A DNA stretch of 35,981 bases from a virus. Lineage: Duplodnaviria > Caudoviricetes. The translations under genes were made by a program, and so were the position numbers. The DNA lies in the IMG/VR virus record IMGVR_UViG_3300027887_000031, positions 1 through 35,981 of that record. One strand, given 5' to 3'. Under the pieces are notes generated by a model, which did not search any database, had not been told where the DNA came from, and saw only the letters and a program-made list of their open reading frames with translations. Shown here one piece after another: positions 8,931 through 19,284 of this stretch (positions within the stretch are counted from its first letter, which is position 1; every line of letters starts with the position of its first letter).

Positions 8931-10325
8931 TTACCAAACCGAGTTAGGTCTTGTCCACCCTCTAAGTGAAACGCCACCGTCAGCAAAGTACGGAGAAGCA
9001 GGATCATCAGAGCGCAGATGCTGTAACGGGCTGTACTTAACTCTCTGGAGTTTACCAGCAAGCTGAGGAACACGTAACACGACACGCTGTTCAGTTCTCA
9101 AGGAAAGCTTGTAGCACCATTTGTTATTCTCGATAGCCCATGAGAAAATTCCACCATCTGTCCAGAATGTATTCATACCATTCAGGAGAGCTTCATTCTG
9201 CGCGCCTTGAGTGTAATCAAGATACTCGCGATACACAGCGGGGAAGTTTCCAGCAACTGTTAGAGGAAGAACATAAATGCTCGATGCATAAGTCCCTGCG
9301 GCTAGATTTGCGTTATTGATGTTGTTATGCTCGAAGATACCAGTGTCAAGAACAACATTGTATCTTTTACCGTTGATGTCGATAAACAGACCCTGGCGCA
9401 TTGCATCTCTATCAGCCACATTATCGCGTCCATCAACAAAGACGGTTGCTTTTGTAGGAGTAGAATTTGCTCTGCTTGTGTTGTAAACTACGGGCCAAAC
9501 GGCACTTAGCTCACCCCACAATTCGGGGCGCATAACAATTGCGAACTCAGCGGGATCGAGTCCCATTGTCATTGCATTGTATTCAAGATAATAAACGAGC
9601 ATTGACAGATACTCAACAATGTCATTTCCGGTTCCGCCTACCAAATGGTAGTTGAAATCTTTCACATCACTGTCAAGAGCGGGGCAAGCCACGCCACTAT
9701 CGGCATCTTTCTGACCAGTTGCGATCTGCACATCGAGGCCAGGGAAGTTTCCAGCGGTTGCTGTAGTACCCTGCCACATCTGCTTATTCAGTTCGCGCTC
9801 GGTATAAATACCAGCCGTGAGCATTTCGGACTTTGTTAGAATATCGAGTACGCCTTCCTCAGTCACGGATGCCGGAGATAGGTTCGATAATCCCAACAGT
9901 CTTCCTCTCAAAACGAGGTCTGTCATATCGCCACGATTGACTCTGCGGAATGTCTGCGAGATATCAATTGTGTTTGTATCAGCGCGGAAGATACCAAATC
10001 TTGCAGTCAGGTTACAACCCTTCATGAATGCTTTAGGAGCATCATCGCAGGGAGCGGCTGGCTGAGTTCCGGTTGCGGCTGTAAAGCCAGTAATGGAACC
10101 AAATCTCGGATCTTCGTTTACTGATGGAAACGCGGGTAAAATTGACGAAACACCATAAGGTCTGACGTGAGCAGTTAAAATATCTCTTTCAAGCCCTGGA
10201 GTCGAGAATAACCCGTTTATGCCATGTAACTTGTTAGCATTCTGCGAAGATGCGACTGTCTTTTCGTCCAGATCCTCATCCCCAAAAACTTCTACAAGTT
10301 TTTCTAACAAATCTTTCTTATTCAT
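8931..10325 (-). CDS. Major capsid protein (464 aa)
   Basis: Directly follows the protease/scaffold gene and is followed by a strong terminator; ELNKQMWQG and AIVMRPELW segments fit an HK97 fold. Confidence 0.8.
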   Translation of the reverse strand: MNKKDLLEKLVEVFGDEDLDEKTVASSQNANKLHGINGLFSTPGLERDILTAHVRPYGVSSILPAFPSVNEDPRFGSITGFTAATGTQPAAPCDDAPKAFMKGCNLTARFGIFRADTNTIDISQTFRRVNRGDMTDLVLRGRLLGLSNLSPASVTEEGVLDILTKSEMLTAGIYTERELNKQMWQGTTATAGNFPGLDVQIATGQKDADSGVACPALDSDVKDFNYHLVGGTGNDIVEYLSMLVYYLEYNAMTMGLDPAEFAIVMRPELWGELSAVWPVVYNTSRANSTPTKATVFVDGRDNVADRDAMRQGLFIDINGKRYNVVLDTGIFEHNNINNANLAAGTYASSIYVLPLTVAGNFPAVYREYLDYTQGAQNEALLNGMNTFWTDGGIFSWAIENNKWCYKLSLRTEQRVVLRVPQLAGKLQRVKYSPLQHLRSDDPASPYFADGGVSLRGWTRPNSVW

Positions 10326-10331
10326 TCTAAA

Positions 10332-11774
10332 TTAACTCCTTCCAAGTAATCTCGACACTACACCGTCAAGAACTGGATTTCCACTATTGATTATGCTATC
10401 TTCCTGCGCGGGTGTTTCGTCAGGCCCACTCTTAGCCAGAGTGGTGTTCTTTGCTACAGTTGTTTCTTTTGCGCCGACAACGGACAATCGCTTAGAAATG
10501 TGCGCGGCAAGCGAGGCAGTCGGAACCTTACTAAAAGATTCCTCCATATCCTGCGTCTGCTTCGCTTTCACTTCGTCTAGTCCAGACGCAATTTCGGTTT
10601 TGATCTGCTTTAAAGCATCAGCAATCGAGTCGGTCAGTAGCTTCACAACATCTTCGAATTCTTCTTTTGTGACAAAATCGCCAGCCACAACTTCTGTTTC
10701 CTTTTCGGTAACAGGTTCAGTAACTTCGGTATTATCCTCAGTAGTTTCCTCTGTTACAGGTTCAGTTGTTTCCGCATTCGCTTCCTTAGATTCAATTCCT
10801 TCATCTTTCGCAAGTTTCGCGGCAGAAGCATTCCCTTCCTCAATATCATTGATTTCTTGTTCACTTAGACCAATCCGAGCAAGATAATCTTTCTTATGAC
10901 TAGGAATACTCATTTCACTCTCCTTAATAATTGTGAATGAAGTCAGCTTATTTGCCGCCGCCCAAAGAGGCAAATCGCTTATTTCTTTTGTAATGTGGTA
11001 CGTGATGACACTCTTATCGTCATCATCGTACCGAATAGACGAAGATGGCATTCCATGAGATACACCTATTTCTTCGTCAATGTTTGCTAATGCTTCGGCT
11101 TCTTTCTCGTGACCAGCCAGGACTATTCCAGCCGCTAAAGCTATGCCACTATCCTCATCAAAAGCAACCCATTCTGCTTGGCCCCACTTCGTTCCTTTTG
11201 TATGCCAATGCCATAACTCAGGAAGTGGAACTGCGCCTTTATCGACCATATCGACAAAATTTATATGAGATTGTTTTGATATGATTTCGCTCGGATTGTC
11301 ATCGTCGCGGAAATTATTTGAGTATCTTGCGAACCACCGATAAGTTCCATCTTCATCTTTCCACACAGAAAGGCCAGATTCTTTAATCTTAGGTTTGTGT
11401 CCACTCTTTTCTAAACGCGACTTTAAACCAATCTTGGATTTGAAATCATTGAATAAAGCCTTTACTTTATCAAGCATGGTTTCCTGTTCTTTTGTGGTTT
11501 CTCCACTGGACTCATCAAGTATCGCATTTGCCATATCAAAATATTCTTTTACGAGCGTTTTGGCACTCGCAATTTTGTCTGGAGAATAATCCATTATATT
11601 ATAGATCATCATTTGAGAAATTGAATGGAGCATCGATAAGTCTTCAACCGCATCACCACTCTTGTCTACTTTTTCAAGATCAGAGAATGTCATTACGGTA
11701 TATGGATTCTCAACGGTATCCATAAACATCTCTCTTAATTCATCATTTATTGACTTAACACTTAAATCTGTCAT
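10332..11774 (-). CDS. Prohead protease-scaffold fusion (480 aa)
   Basis: HK97-protease-like motifs (SNNFRD..EII, ELWHWH, GVSHG, EISDLPLWAAAN) followed by an acidic, helical C-terminal scaffold-like region. Confidence 0.7.
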   Translation of the reverse strand: MTDLSVKSINDELREMFMDTVENPYTVMTFSDLEKVDKSGDAVEDLSMLHSISQMMIYNIMDYSPDKIASAKTLVKEYFDMANAILDESSGETTKEQETMLDKVKALFNDFKSKIGLKSRLEKSGHKPKIKESGLSVWKDEDGTYRWFARYSNNFRDDDNPSEIISKQSHINFVDMVDKGAVPLPELWHWHTKGTKWGQAEWVAFDEDSGIALAAGIVLAGHEKEAEALANIDEEIGVSHGMPSSSIRYDDDDKSVITYHITKEISDLPLWAAANKLTSFTIIKESEMSIPSHKKDYLARIGLSEQEINDIEEGNASAAKLAKDEGIESKEANAETTEPVTEETTEDNTEVTEPVTEKETEVVAGDFVTKEEFEDVVKLLTDSIADALKQIKTEIASGLDEVKAKQTQDMEESFSKVPTASLAAHISKRLSVVGAKETTVAKNTTLAKSGPDETPAQEDSIINSGNPVLDGVVSRLLGRS

Positions 11775-11790
11775 TGTATCTCCAAAAATA

Positions 11791-11840
11791 ATTTTACCAT
11801 AATATTATGAGAATAATATAGTGCGTATATCAAATCTCAA
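11791..11840 (-). promoter_or_regulatory. Possible internal promoter for the protease/capsid genes
   Basis: AT-rich gap containing TTGAGA and an extended -10-like TGGTAAAAT; spacing is not canonical. Confidence 0.3.
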
Positions 11841-11842
11841 GT

Positions 11843-14800
11843 CTACAGCCACTTTTTTAGCTTATTTCTGCGCAATGGTCTTCTTAAGCATCTAAATGCT
11901 TGAACCGCACTCGGACTTGGGCTTACAGATGCACTTGAGCTACTCGATGGAGAAACACTACGACTTGGACTTATTGACGCAGAAGTGCTTCCAGAAGGAG
12001 ATAAACTCGCAGATGGACTAATACTTGCGGATACACTTGGGCTTACGCTTGGACTCACACTTGGGCTAACAGATGGGCTAACACTAGCGCTTGGACTTAA
12101 TGATCTACTAGCACTTGAGCTTTCACTTGGCGAAACAGAACTAGATGGACTAAGTGATGACGATGGACTAAGTGATGCGCAAACACTTGGGCTAACACTC
12201 GGAGAGACTGATGCACTTGGACTTTGGCTTCTACTAGAACTACTTGATACACTAGGACTTACGCTAGGGCTTACGCTTGGCGACGCGCTAGGAGACGAGC
12301 TTGAGCTTTGACTTGTACTTCTACTTTCGCTAGACGATGGTGATATAGATGGACTATTAGAGCTTGATGGACTTGCTGATCTTGATGCACTTGAGCTTAC
12401 CGAAGACGAGGGGCTTATCGAACTAGACGGACTTCCAAGAGACAAACTTGAACTTGCGCTACTAGATGGGCTTGTACTCGGTGATGCAGATGTACTATTA
12501 CTTGATGAAGGGCTAACACTCTGGCTCGTACTACTCGATGGAGAAACACTTGCGCTTGGGCTAACTGATGGAGATACGCTTGAACTCGGACTCAGCGATG
12601 TAGACGGAGATGTCGATCTACTTCCAGATGATGATGGAGAAGTTGACGCGCTTGGAGAAACGCTTGGGCTTGCCGAAGATGATGGGCTTACGCTTGTACT
12701 AGGACTAACCGAAGGAGATCCACTAGAAGAAGGGCTTACTGACGCAGAAGGACTTGTGCTTCTACTCCCTGAGCTTGACGGGCTTGTACTCGCGCTAGGA
12801 GATACTGATGGACTGTTGCTACTAGACGGACTTGTACTTCTACTTGGGCTTGTCGATGCCGATCCACTTGAACTTGGACTTGTGGATGCAGATGGACTTA
12901 CGGACGGGCTTACAGAAGATGATGGGGATGTCGATCTACTAGGAGAAAGCGAGCTTGACGGACTTCCAGCAGACGGACTTGGGCTTGAACTCGGACTTGT
13001 GGATGCGCTACCACTACTACTCGGAGATATACTGGCGCTCGGACTTACGCTAGGACTATTTGAGCTAGACGGAGAAACACTTGCGCTTGGGCTTACCGAA
13101 GGTGAATTACTCGACGACGGACTAACCGAAGATGAAGGGCTTACGCTTGGACTATTCGAACTGGATGGGCTTGTGCTTCTACTCGGAGATACAGATGCTG
13201 ATCCACTGGAACTCGGACTTAGCGATGCCGAAGGAGATGTAGACCTGCTGGATGAGCTTGATGGGCTAACACTTGAACTCGGACTTACCGAAGGCGAGTT
13301 ACTCGATGATGGACTAACAGAAGCCGACGGACTTGTACTTCGACTTGCAGAACTCGACGGGCTAACAGATGCGCTAGGAGATACCGAGGGACTTGCCGAT
13401 GATGATGGTGATACACTTGCGGATGGAGATACAGAAGGAGATACGCTCGACGAAGGCGACACGCTACTCGACGGCGACACGCTAGGACTTACTGAACTGG
13501 ATGGGCTTACGGAAGGGCTTGGAGATAATGACGCAGACGGACTTCCTGTAAGTGACAGGTACATATAATCAAGATGAAGATTATGTGTAATATTGCCAGG
13601 ACTTGTATGCGTTATTCTTACTCTCACAATTCCTGCGGAAAGATAATTCGCATTAGAAATAAGAGTGAATTGATATCCTTGCTCTCCTGTAGCATCTGGC
13701 AAGTCAGTTGTATTAGCGGTTATATTAACCCACGAAGACGAGTTGTAATTCCACTCTTGAATTTTTACATTGTGTGCGCTTGTGCCATCGTACCAGCCAC
13801 GAATATTCAAGTATAAATTCGGAGTTGAAACACTTTCGCTTTCTCCAAACAGGAAATCGTATGTGAACCCAGGAGTTCCGGCTATCTCGTTGAGAACTAA
13901 CTCGCTGCCATCATCGGATTGCAAGCTCCATATATCTCCAGATTCAACCGATCCAACCGGAGTGCTATACGAACTTACCTTATACCAGGGTATATTTCCA
14001 ACGGAGAAACTTGGACTAACGCTTGGGCTTGTGCTTGGACTAACACTCGAAGATGGAGAAACAGACGAACTCGGACTTACGCTTGGGCTGTTGCTCGATG
14101 ACGGACTTGGACTTGAGCTTGGGCTAACACTTGGGCTGTTCGATGAAGACGGGCTTACGCTTGCGCTCGGAGATACGCTAGGGCTATTTGATGATGACGG
14201 ACTTACACTTGCAGATGGGCTTGTGCTTCTGCTTGCACTTGAGCTTGGGCTAGTGCTACTGGATGGGCTTACGCTCGGCGATACAGAGCTTGATGGACTT
14301 ACGCTTGGGCTTGCAGACGCACTAGCACTAGACGAGGGAGAAGTAGAAGCCGAATTACTACTAGAAGGACTAACAGAACTAGAAGGACTAACACTTGGAC
14401 TCCCTGACGAGCTTGGACTTATGCTTGCTGATGGACTTACACTTGCGCTACCAGAACTTGACGGACTTAGAGATGCAGATGGCGATCCGCCTATTCTCAA
14501 CACAATGTCTTCTACGTGTATGGTTGCCGCATTGCTAGGACTATCACTTGCGCTAGGACTTATGCTTCTGCTAGAACTTGAGCTAGGACTTACGCTTGAA
14601 CTAGGACTTATGCTTGGGCTAGAACTTGAACTAGGACTTGTACTTCTGCTAGAGCTACTTGATGGAGATGTTGATGATGATGGGGACTCTGATAACGATG
14701 GAGATAATGACGGACTTCCAACAAACTCTCCAATCTCATCTCCCGTATCATTGGCAACGATCTCGTCAAAATATATTATTCCTGTTGTGTCTGCCAAAAC

Positions 14801-16276
14801 ACTGTCAATTACGCCAAAATTAAATATACTTACGTTATTGAATGTATCGTAATTATCGTATCCAGTAAATGGAGTTTGCTCTATCCCATCTATCCACCAC
14901 TGTAATGATCCATCGGATGAAGTAGAGTTTGTTGCTCTAGTGAGCATAATCTCAAACATGTGAGGCGTTGCATCCGACAAAGTGAATCCGTTTGGATAAA
15001 CTTCTCCAACATCTGTATTAACCCCAAACTGGTAATCCCAATGTCCATCATCGGTATCGTGAACTCCAAATCCAAGCATAAAAAGAAATACAGGAGTGCT
15101 ATTCCATACTTTTGCAATTACAAATAAATCGCTTGTTCCTTGTAAAGTTGTATTGGGGTCAAAATAGAAACGAACTCTAACTATTCCGGTTGTGGATGGA
15201 GATGCAAGAGTCTTTCTTGCGTATCTTACGGCTCCGTTAATATCAACTTGCATTCCTCCAGAAGTTCCAGCAAGTCCAGCGCCTGACTGCCAAGTTATGT
15301 GGCTACCAGGATCTGAAAATGACGACCATTCAGAAAGGTCTGACTTCATTTGAATATTGAATAATTCGCCACCGGAAGATGGACTTGCGGAATATGAAGG
15401 ACTTACACTTCCAGATGGACTTAAGCTTGGACTGTCACTTGATGATGGACTGACACTTGAAGACGGGCTTACGCTCTGGCTGTTTGAGCTAGACGGGCTA
15501 ACAGAAGAAGACGGGCTTACGGACGGACTAGTCGAGTTCGATGGAGATATGGACGCTGATGGGCTTGTCGATCTGCTGTTTGAGCTACTTGGACTTGTGG
15601 ATGCAGAGTTACTACTCGATGGTGAAGTAGACGCACTTACAGAACTGCTAGGACTCGTAGATGCAGAACCACTACTCGATGGCGAAGTTGATGCGCTTTG
15701 CGAACTGGATGGGCTTTGACTTGCAGACGGACTCACAGAAGGAGATACAGATGAACTTGTATCCGTAACAGTTATCTGAGGTGTTTGCGTATAAGCGGCA
15801 ATTGCGCTCGATCCGTTATATACCCGAAGATAGATTGAGTTTCCATTTGATACTTGCGATGCCGCAAGTTGCAAACACCACTCCAACTCGAAGTAGTTAC
15901 CAGCCGATCCGGTATTGGTAGCACCTCCAGTTGACTCCTTCATACCGTTGTTATCGGTTAGGAATGCTCCAGATCCTCCTGTAAGTTGAGATGTCGTGTC
16001 TGTTCCGTCTGTAAAGTTACTTGATAGCGAGAATTGAACTGGCGTAGATCCTGTAACGGCAGAGTAGTTTGTTCCGTCTGTCGAGTAATACAGGTTCCAT
16101 GTAACACTTGTCCATGCTCTAGACGCTGTTTCATCAATGAGAAAACGAACCCTAAAGTTTACAGATGGAGCCTGACTCCAGTTTGTGCTTTGGTTCGCAA
16201 TCCATGTAGCGGTTGTTTCAGAACCGTTATCATTTCTCCCGCGAAAGGCAACTTGCGTAAATGCAGGATTAGTCAT
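11843..16276 (-). CDS. Mucin-like Ser/Pro-repeat protein (1477 aa) with three beta-rich globular islands; probable virion fibre/decoration protein
   Basis: About 910 aa of SPSxSx/SPSV repeats in three tracts. Unique domains at about aa 1-173, 302-520 (LamG/ConA-like: LQWWIDG, YFDEIV) and 759-911. Basic C-terminus; no signal peptide or TM helix seen. Confidence 0.9.
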   Translation of the reverse strand: MTNPAFTQVAFRGRNDNGSETTATWIANQSTNWSQAPSVNFRVRFLIDETASRAWTSVTWNLYYSTDGTNYSAVTGSTPVQFSLSSNFTDGTDTTSQLTGGSGAFLTDNNGMKESTGGATNTGSAGNYFELEWCLQLAASQVSNGNSIYLRVYNGSSAIAAYTQTPQITVTDTSSSVSPSVSPSASQSPSSSQSASTSPSSSGSASTSPSSSVSASTSPSSSNSASTSPSSSNSRSTSPSASISPSNSTSPSVSPSSSVSPSSSNSQSVSPSSSVSPSSSDSPSLSPSGSVSPSYSASPSSGGELFNIQMKSDLSEWSSFSDPGSHITWQSGAGLAGTSGGMQVDINGAVRYARKTLASPSTTGIVRVRFYFDPNTTLQGTSDLFVIAKVWNSTPVFLFMLGFGVHDTDDGHWDYQFGVNTDVGEVYPNGFTLSDATPHMFEIMLTRATNSTSSDGSLQWWIDGIEQTPFTGYDNYDTFNNVSIFNFGVIDSVLADTTGIIYFDEIVANDTGDEIGEFVGSPSLSPSLSESPSSSTSPSSSSSRSTSPSSSSSPSISPSSSVSPSSSSSRSISPSASDSPSNAATIHVEDIVLRIGGSPSASLSPSSSGSASVSPSASISPSSSGSPSVSPSSSVSPSSSNSASTSPSSSASASASPSVSPSSSVSPSVSPSSSTSPSSSASRSTSPSASVSPSSSNSPSVSPSASVSPSSSNSPSVSPSSSPSPSSSNSPSVSPSSSVSPSSSVSPSTSPSVSPSFSVGNIPWYKVSSYSTPVGSVESGDIWSLQSDDGSELVLNEIAGTPGFTYDFLFGESESVSTPNLYLNIRGWYDGTSAHNVKIQEWNYNSSSWVNITANTTDLPDATGEQGYQFTLISNANYLSAGIVRVRITHTSPGNITHNLHLDYMYLSLTGSPSASLSPSPSVSPSSSVSPSVSPSSSVSPSSSVSPSVSPSASVSPSSSASPSVSPSASVSPSSSASRSTSPSASVSPSSSNSPSVSPSSSVSPSSSSSRSTSPSASLSPSSSGSASVSPSRSTSPSSSNSPSVSPSSSVSPSSSNSPSVSPSASVSPSSSNSPSVSPSASISPSSSGSASTSPSSSPSPSAGSPSSSLSPSRSTSPSSSVSPSVSPSASTSPSSSGSASTSPSRSTSPSSSNSPSVSPSASTSPSSSGSRSTSPSASVSPSSSGSPSVSPSTSVSPSSSASPSVSPSASTSPSSSGSRSTSPSTSLSPSSSVSPSVSPSASVSPSSSTSQSVSPSSSNSTSASPSTSPSSSASSSLSLGSPSSSISPSSSVSSSASRSASPSSSNSPSISPSSSESRSTSQSSSSSPSASPSVSPSVSPSVSSSSSRSQSPSASVSPSVSPSVCASLSPSSSLSPSSSVSPSESSSASRSLSPSASVSPSVSPSVSPSVSPSVSASISPSASLSPSGSTSASISPSRSVSPSSSSSASVSPSPSAVQAFRCLRRPLRRNKLKKWL
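11909..13543 (-). repeat. Coding Ser/Pro repeat tract 3 (545 codons)
   Basis: Degenerate SPSxSx hexamers and SPSV tetramers. Confidence 0.95.
14003..14716 (-). repeat. Coding Ser/Pro repeat tract 2 (238 codons, interrupted by NAATIHVEDIVLRIGG)
   Basis: Direct translation. Confidence 0.95.
15374..15757 (-). repeat. Coding Ser/Pro repeat tract 1 (128 codons)
   Basis: Direct translation. Confidence 0.95.
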
Positions 16277-16574
16277 TCATAGCTTCCTCTCGCGCTTTGG
16301 AATATATCTCGTCAAACAATTTTGTTGGTATTGTTCTTCCGAATAAAACTTTCTTCCAGCCAGAACTCATCAAGTAATCATACAACCCAAACTCGTCAAC
16401 GCCTTCCCATCCCCAACTTTGGAATATATAGAAGTCTCCGGTAATTAGTCTCCATCCTTTCGCATTATCTTCACTTTGAGAAATGACAATAACTCCTTGC
16501 GCTGGAGCATTTTCAGGATAACCACAATACATGCTTTTATCTTCGTAGTAAATTCTGTATGTGCATGGTTTCAT
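16269..16574 (-). CDS. Hypothetical protein (101 aa)
   Basis: Start reassigned to ATG 16574 (MKPCTY), which overlaps the upstream TAA (TAATG). Confidence 0.75.
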   Translation of the reverse strand: MKPCTYRIYYEDKSMYCGYPENAPAQGVIVISQSEDNAKGWRLITGDFYIFQSWGWEGVDEFGLYDYLMSSGWKKVLFGRTIPTKLFDEIYSKAREEAMND

Positions 16575-18919
16575 TATGCTTCTATCCTTACCTGAACATA
16601 GCCAAGCGAAGTGAAAGGAACCGTATATGCGTTCCACGATGCTCCCTGACAGGCCGCTATTGAATTACCGTGCCTGTAGAACAAGCTTGCACCATCTCCG
16701 GCAGCATAAACATTCTGCAACAGCGTTACCGAGAATGCTCCAGTAAGAACAACTTCACTTTCCATATACTCGGCGGAATCAAGATCAACGGCCTCTGCAT
16801 TTCCAGTACCGGAGATGGCTCCTGTACCTGTCCAGTTTCCAGCGAACGTCCTAATATTATCTTCCGTTGCTCCTGTAATATGACCCCAAACGACACTTCC
16901 AACAATTGCAGAAGGACTTGGGCTTGCGCTTGCGCTCGGAGAAATAGATGGAGATACAGATGACGATCCAGACGTTGTGTACTCTACAATAAGTTGTGGT
17001 CGATACGATGCGGTTCCATACTCTCTCAACGCGATATGATTCGAACTTGAGTTTGTCGGCTTTATCAAAAGACCATAGTTAGAGTTAGAGCCTCCAATCC
17101 AGTTCTGAACCGTACTTACACTAAGCTCAACATTGTATATTCCAATTGGCTGACCGCTGAGTGTAAAAGATCCAATTGTGGATGAAGAAATATCTGTTCC
17201 AGTAACTCCACAACCATTTGACCCTCCAGCCCATGCTACCTGAACAGTGTCCGATCCTGTTGATTCTTTTGCATTCCAACAAGGTTCTCCGGATAAAGCT
17301 TGTGTAAGATTTCCTGTTCCTTCGATCCATCCACTATTCGCAGAAAGAACCGCATATATATCTCCATTGCCTCCGCCTTCATACAACCCTAACCGGATAT
17401 AGGCTCTTGTTACTGTAGACCCAGATGGGATAGACGAGATATCAAAATACATCAATCCAAAGTTGTAGCTTCCAAACTGGACTGCGTTATGTACACCACC
17501 GTTCGCCCAACCGCTAAGTGCTGTTTGGTGCAAGTTTACATCTCTGGCGCAATTTGCGGTCAAGATACCAAAACCAGCAGACGGACTTGGAGATGCGCTT
17601 ACCGAAGATGAGGGCGTTATGCTTTGAGATGAACTCGGACTTAGCGATGCACTAGGAGAAACGCTTGGAGACTGACTAATGCTCGATGAAGGGCTTAATG
17701 ACGCTGATGGGCTTACGGATGGGGATACAGATGAGCTTTCTCCAGATTCTTCTTGAACAACCCAATAAGGCCACAATGCTCCAGATACAGTTGCGGAAAA
17801 GTTCTGAGTAAAACCATTCGTGTCAAATGAAACAAAAGATGATTCAAATCTCGCCGCACCGTCATCGTTGTGCAGTATTGAGAGAACATTGTCTGCGGTG
17901 CTTTCTGTATTCGAAGTCGTTACGCCATCATCTGTAGCAACCGCATGAGTATACTGTGCTGAACCATCTGAAACACTAACTCCAATAGCTCCAGCTTTAT
18001 TTGTTGTATCAATCGTATTATCGACATCAACATTCGTCAAGAACTGCATTACAAACTGCGGCTTGAAGCCAGGATCGGCTACTCCAAAGTTTCCTGTGCT
18101 TGCTGGAGTAGTTAATCTTCCTGCGAACGATGAGAAATTCGAAATTCGTAATGCAAGATATCCTAACTGGGCCGCCGTTCCTGTTGTTGAGTTTCTTGTT
18201 GTAACCGTGAAGCCATTTGCGCTATATGCCGTAATCTCTGCGGAGAATTGATTTGCCGCATGAGTTCCGTGTATTGCAACATAAGAGTCGTCTGATGCGG
18301 CTCCAGCGGCTGTTGTTGTAACTCCACTACGATCAGAGTGCCTGACTGCATATTGAACGTCTGATGTTCCATTATGAGCAACACCAAATGAGATATTCGG
18401 ACTTGACGCATGACAACAAATAAGGTCTGTTGGCTCAAACGAAAGGCTTGATACACTTGCAGTACCATCAAGAGTCGTACTGCACGATAACGCTCCTGCC
18501 GTAGCTGATACATCTGTTCCGCCAATAAGCACGACCGTAAGATACATCGCGGAAGGAGGCGGATAAGTGCTGTTATTGTGTAGTCTTACTCCATCCGTAA
18601 TGAATGATACAAAGTCAACATTTATATAGAATGAGCCGCCAGTAGTAAGCCCATAAACTACACTCGATGTACTGAATGTGCTCTGCGCCGCTGTGGTTGT
18701 TAATCCATGTCCAGATACCGTAGATCCCGCCCACTGATTGCTCGAACCCGTAGCGGCCCCCATCCCGATCTTTCTTTCGTCTGCCGTTCCATCGGCTGTA
18801 TTGTAAGACCAGAAAAACATAGCCGCAACAGGAGTGCCAAAACCAGAGATAGTTACATCCCAATTGGTGTTGGCACTCGTGTTCATTGCAACGCGAGTGG
18901 TTTGGATCTTTAATGTCAT
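16574..18919 (-). CDS. Beta-rich virion protein with a DNRLRE/CBM96-like domain and two SPSxSx linkers (781 aa)
   Basis: FDISSIPSGSTVTRAYIRL...VQNWI...NYGLLIK...REYG...RPQLIVEY is the DNRLRE-domain pattern; Ser/Pro linkers flank it. Confidence 0.75.
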   Translation of the reverse strand: MTLKIQTTRVAMNTSANTNWDVTISGFGTPVAAMFFWSYNTADGTADERKIGMGAATGSSNQWAGSTVSGHGLTTTAAQSTFSTSSVVYGLTTGGSFYINVDFVSFITDGVRLHNNSTYPPPSAMYLTVVLIGGTDVSATAGALSCSTTLDGTASVSSLSFEPTDLICCHASSPNISFGVAHNGTSDVQYAVRHSDRSGVTTTAAGAASDDSYVAIHGTHAANQFSAEITAYSANGFTVTTRNSTTGTAAQLGYLALRISNFSSFAGRLTTPASTGNFGVADPGFKPQFVMQFLTNVDVDNTIDTTNKAGAIGVSVSDGSAQYTHAVATDDGVTTSNTESTADNVLSILHNDDGAARFESSFVSFDTNGFTQNFSATVSGALWPYWVVQEESGESSSVSPSVSPSASLSPSSSISQSPSVSPSASLSPSSSQSITPSSSVSASPSPSAGFGILTANCARDVNLHQTALSGWANGGVHNAVQFGSYNFGLMYFDISSIPSGSTVTRAYIRLGLYEGGGNGDIYAVLSANSGWIEGTGNLTQALSGEPCWNAKESTGSDTVQVAWAGGSNGCGVTGTDISSSTIGSFTLSGQPIGIYNVELSVSTVQNWIGGSNSNYGLLIKPTNSSSNHIALREYGTASYRPQLIVEYTTSGSSSVSPSISPSASASPSPSAIVGSVVWGHITGATEDNIRTFAGNWTGTGAISGTGNAEAVDLDSAEYMESEVVLTGAFSVTLLQNVYAAGDGASLFYRHGNSIAACQGASWNAYTVPFTSLGYVQVRIEA

Positions 18920-18923
18920 GCTA

Positions 18924-19283
18924 TTAGCTCGTAATCAACCAATTCCAAACTTGTTCAGGAGTGGAGAAAGCCTGTTTGTTTCTTAACTCATACCACATCA
19001 AAATCGTCTGCCACCAGAGTAATGCTCTATCTCTTGCATTCACATTGCTTGTATTATCTTTCGATGTCATACGAGCAAGCAGATCGTTCCAATCCTGTTC
19101 TTCCTGAGCGGATAAAACCGGATTGATTTGAGCTAACACTGTTTGGTTCGATATGTACCCACCGAGAATACCACTTGCGGCTCCGATAAAATCATGAATT
19201 GGAATATTCAGATTAGAAAGATCATCTTCGTAATCTTGGCATATTCTGTGCATCAATCTATTTGTTCTTACTGTTTGCGCCAT
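18924..19283 (-). CDS. Hypothetical protein (119 aa)
   Basis: ORF with a GAGG SD, tightly packed in the operon. Confidence 0.75.
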   Translation of the reverse strand: MAQTVRTNRLMHRICQDYEDDLSNLNIPIHDFIGAASGILGGYISNQTVLAQINPVLSAQEEQDWNDLLARMTSKDNTSNVNARDRALLWWQTILMWYELRNKQAFSTPEQVWNWLITS

Positions 19284-19284
19284 A

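Noticed and set aside
11985-15719. Long plus-strand ORFs rich in L/G/D/E/T (e.g. 12756..13568, 13770..14852)
   Set aside because: Antisense shadows of the Ser/Pro repeat codons; they track the repeat tracts and oppose the operon direction.
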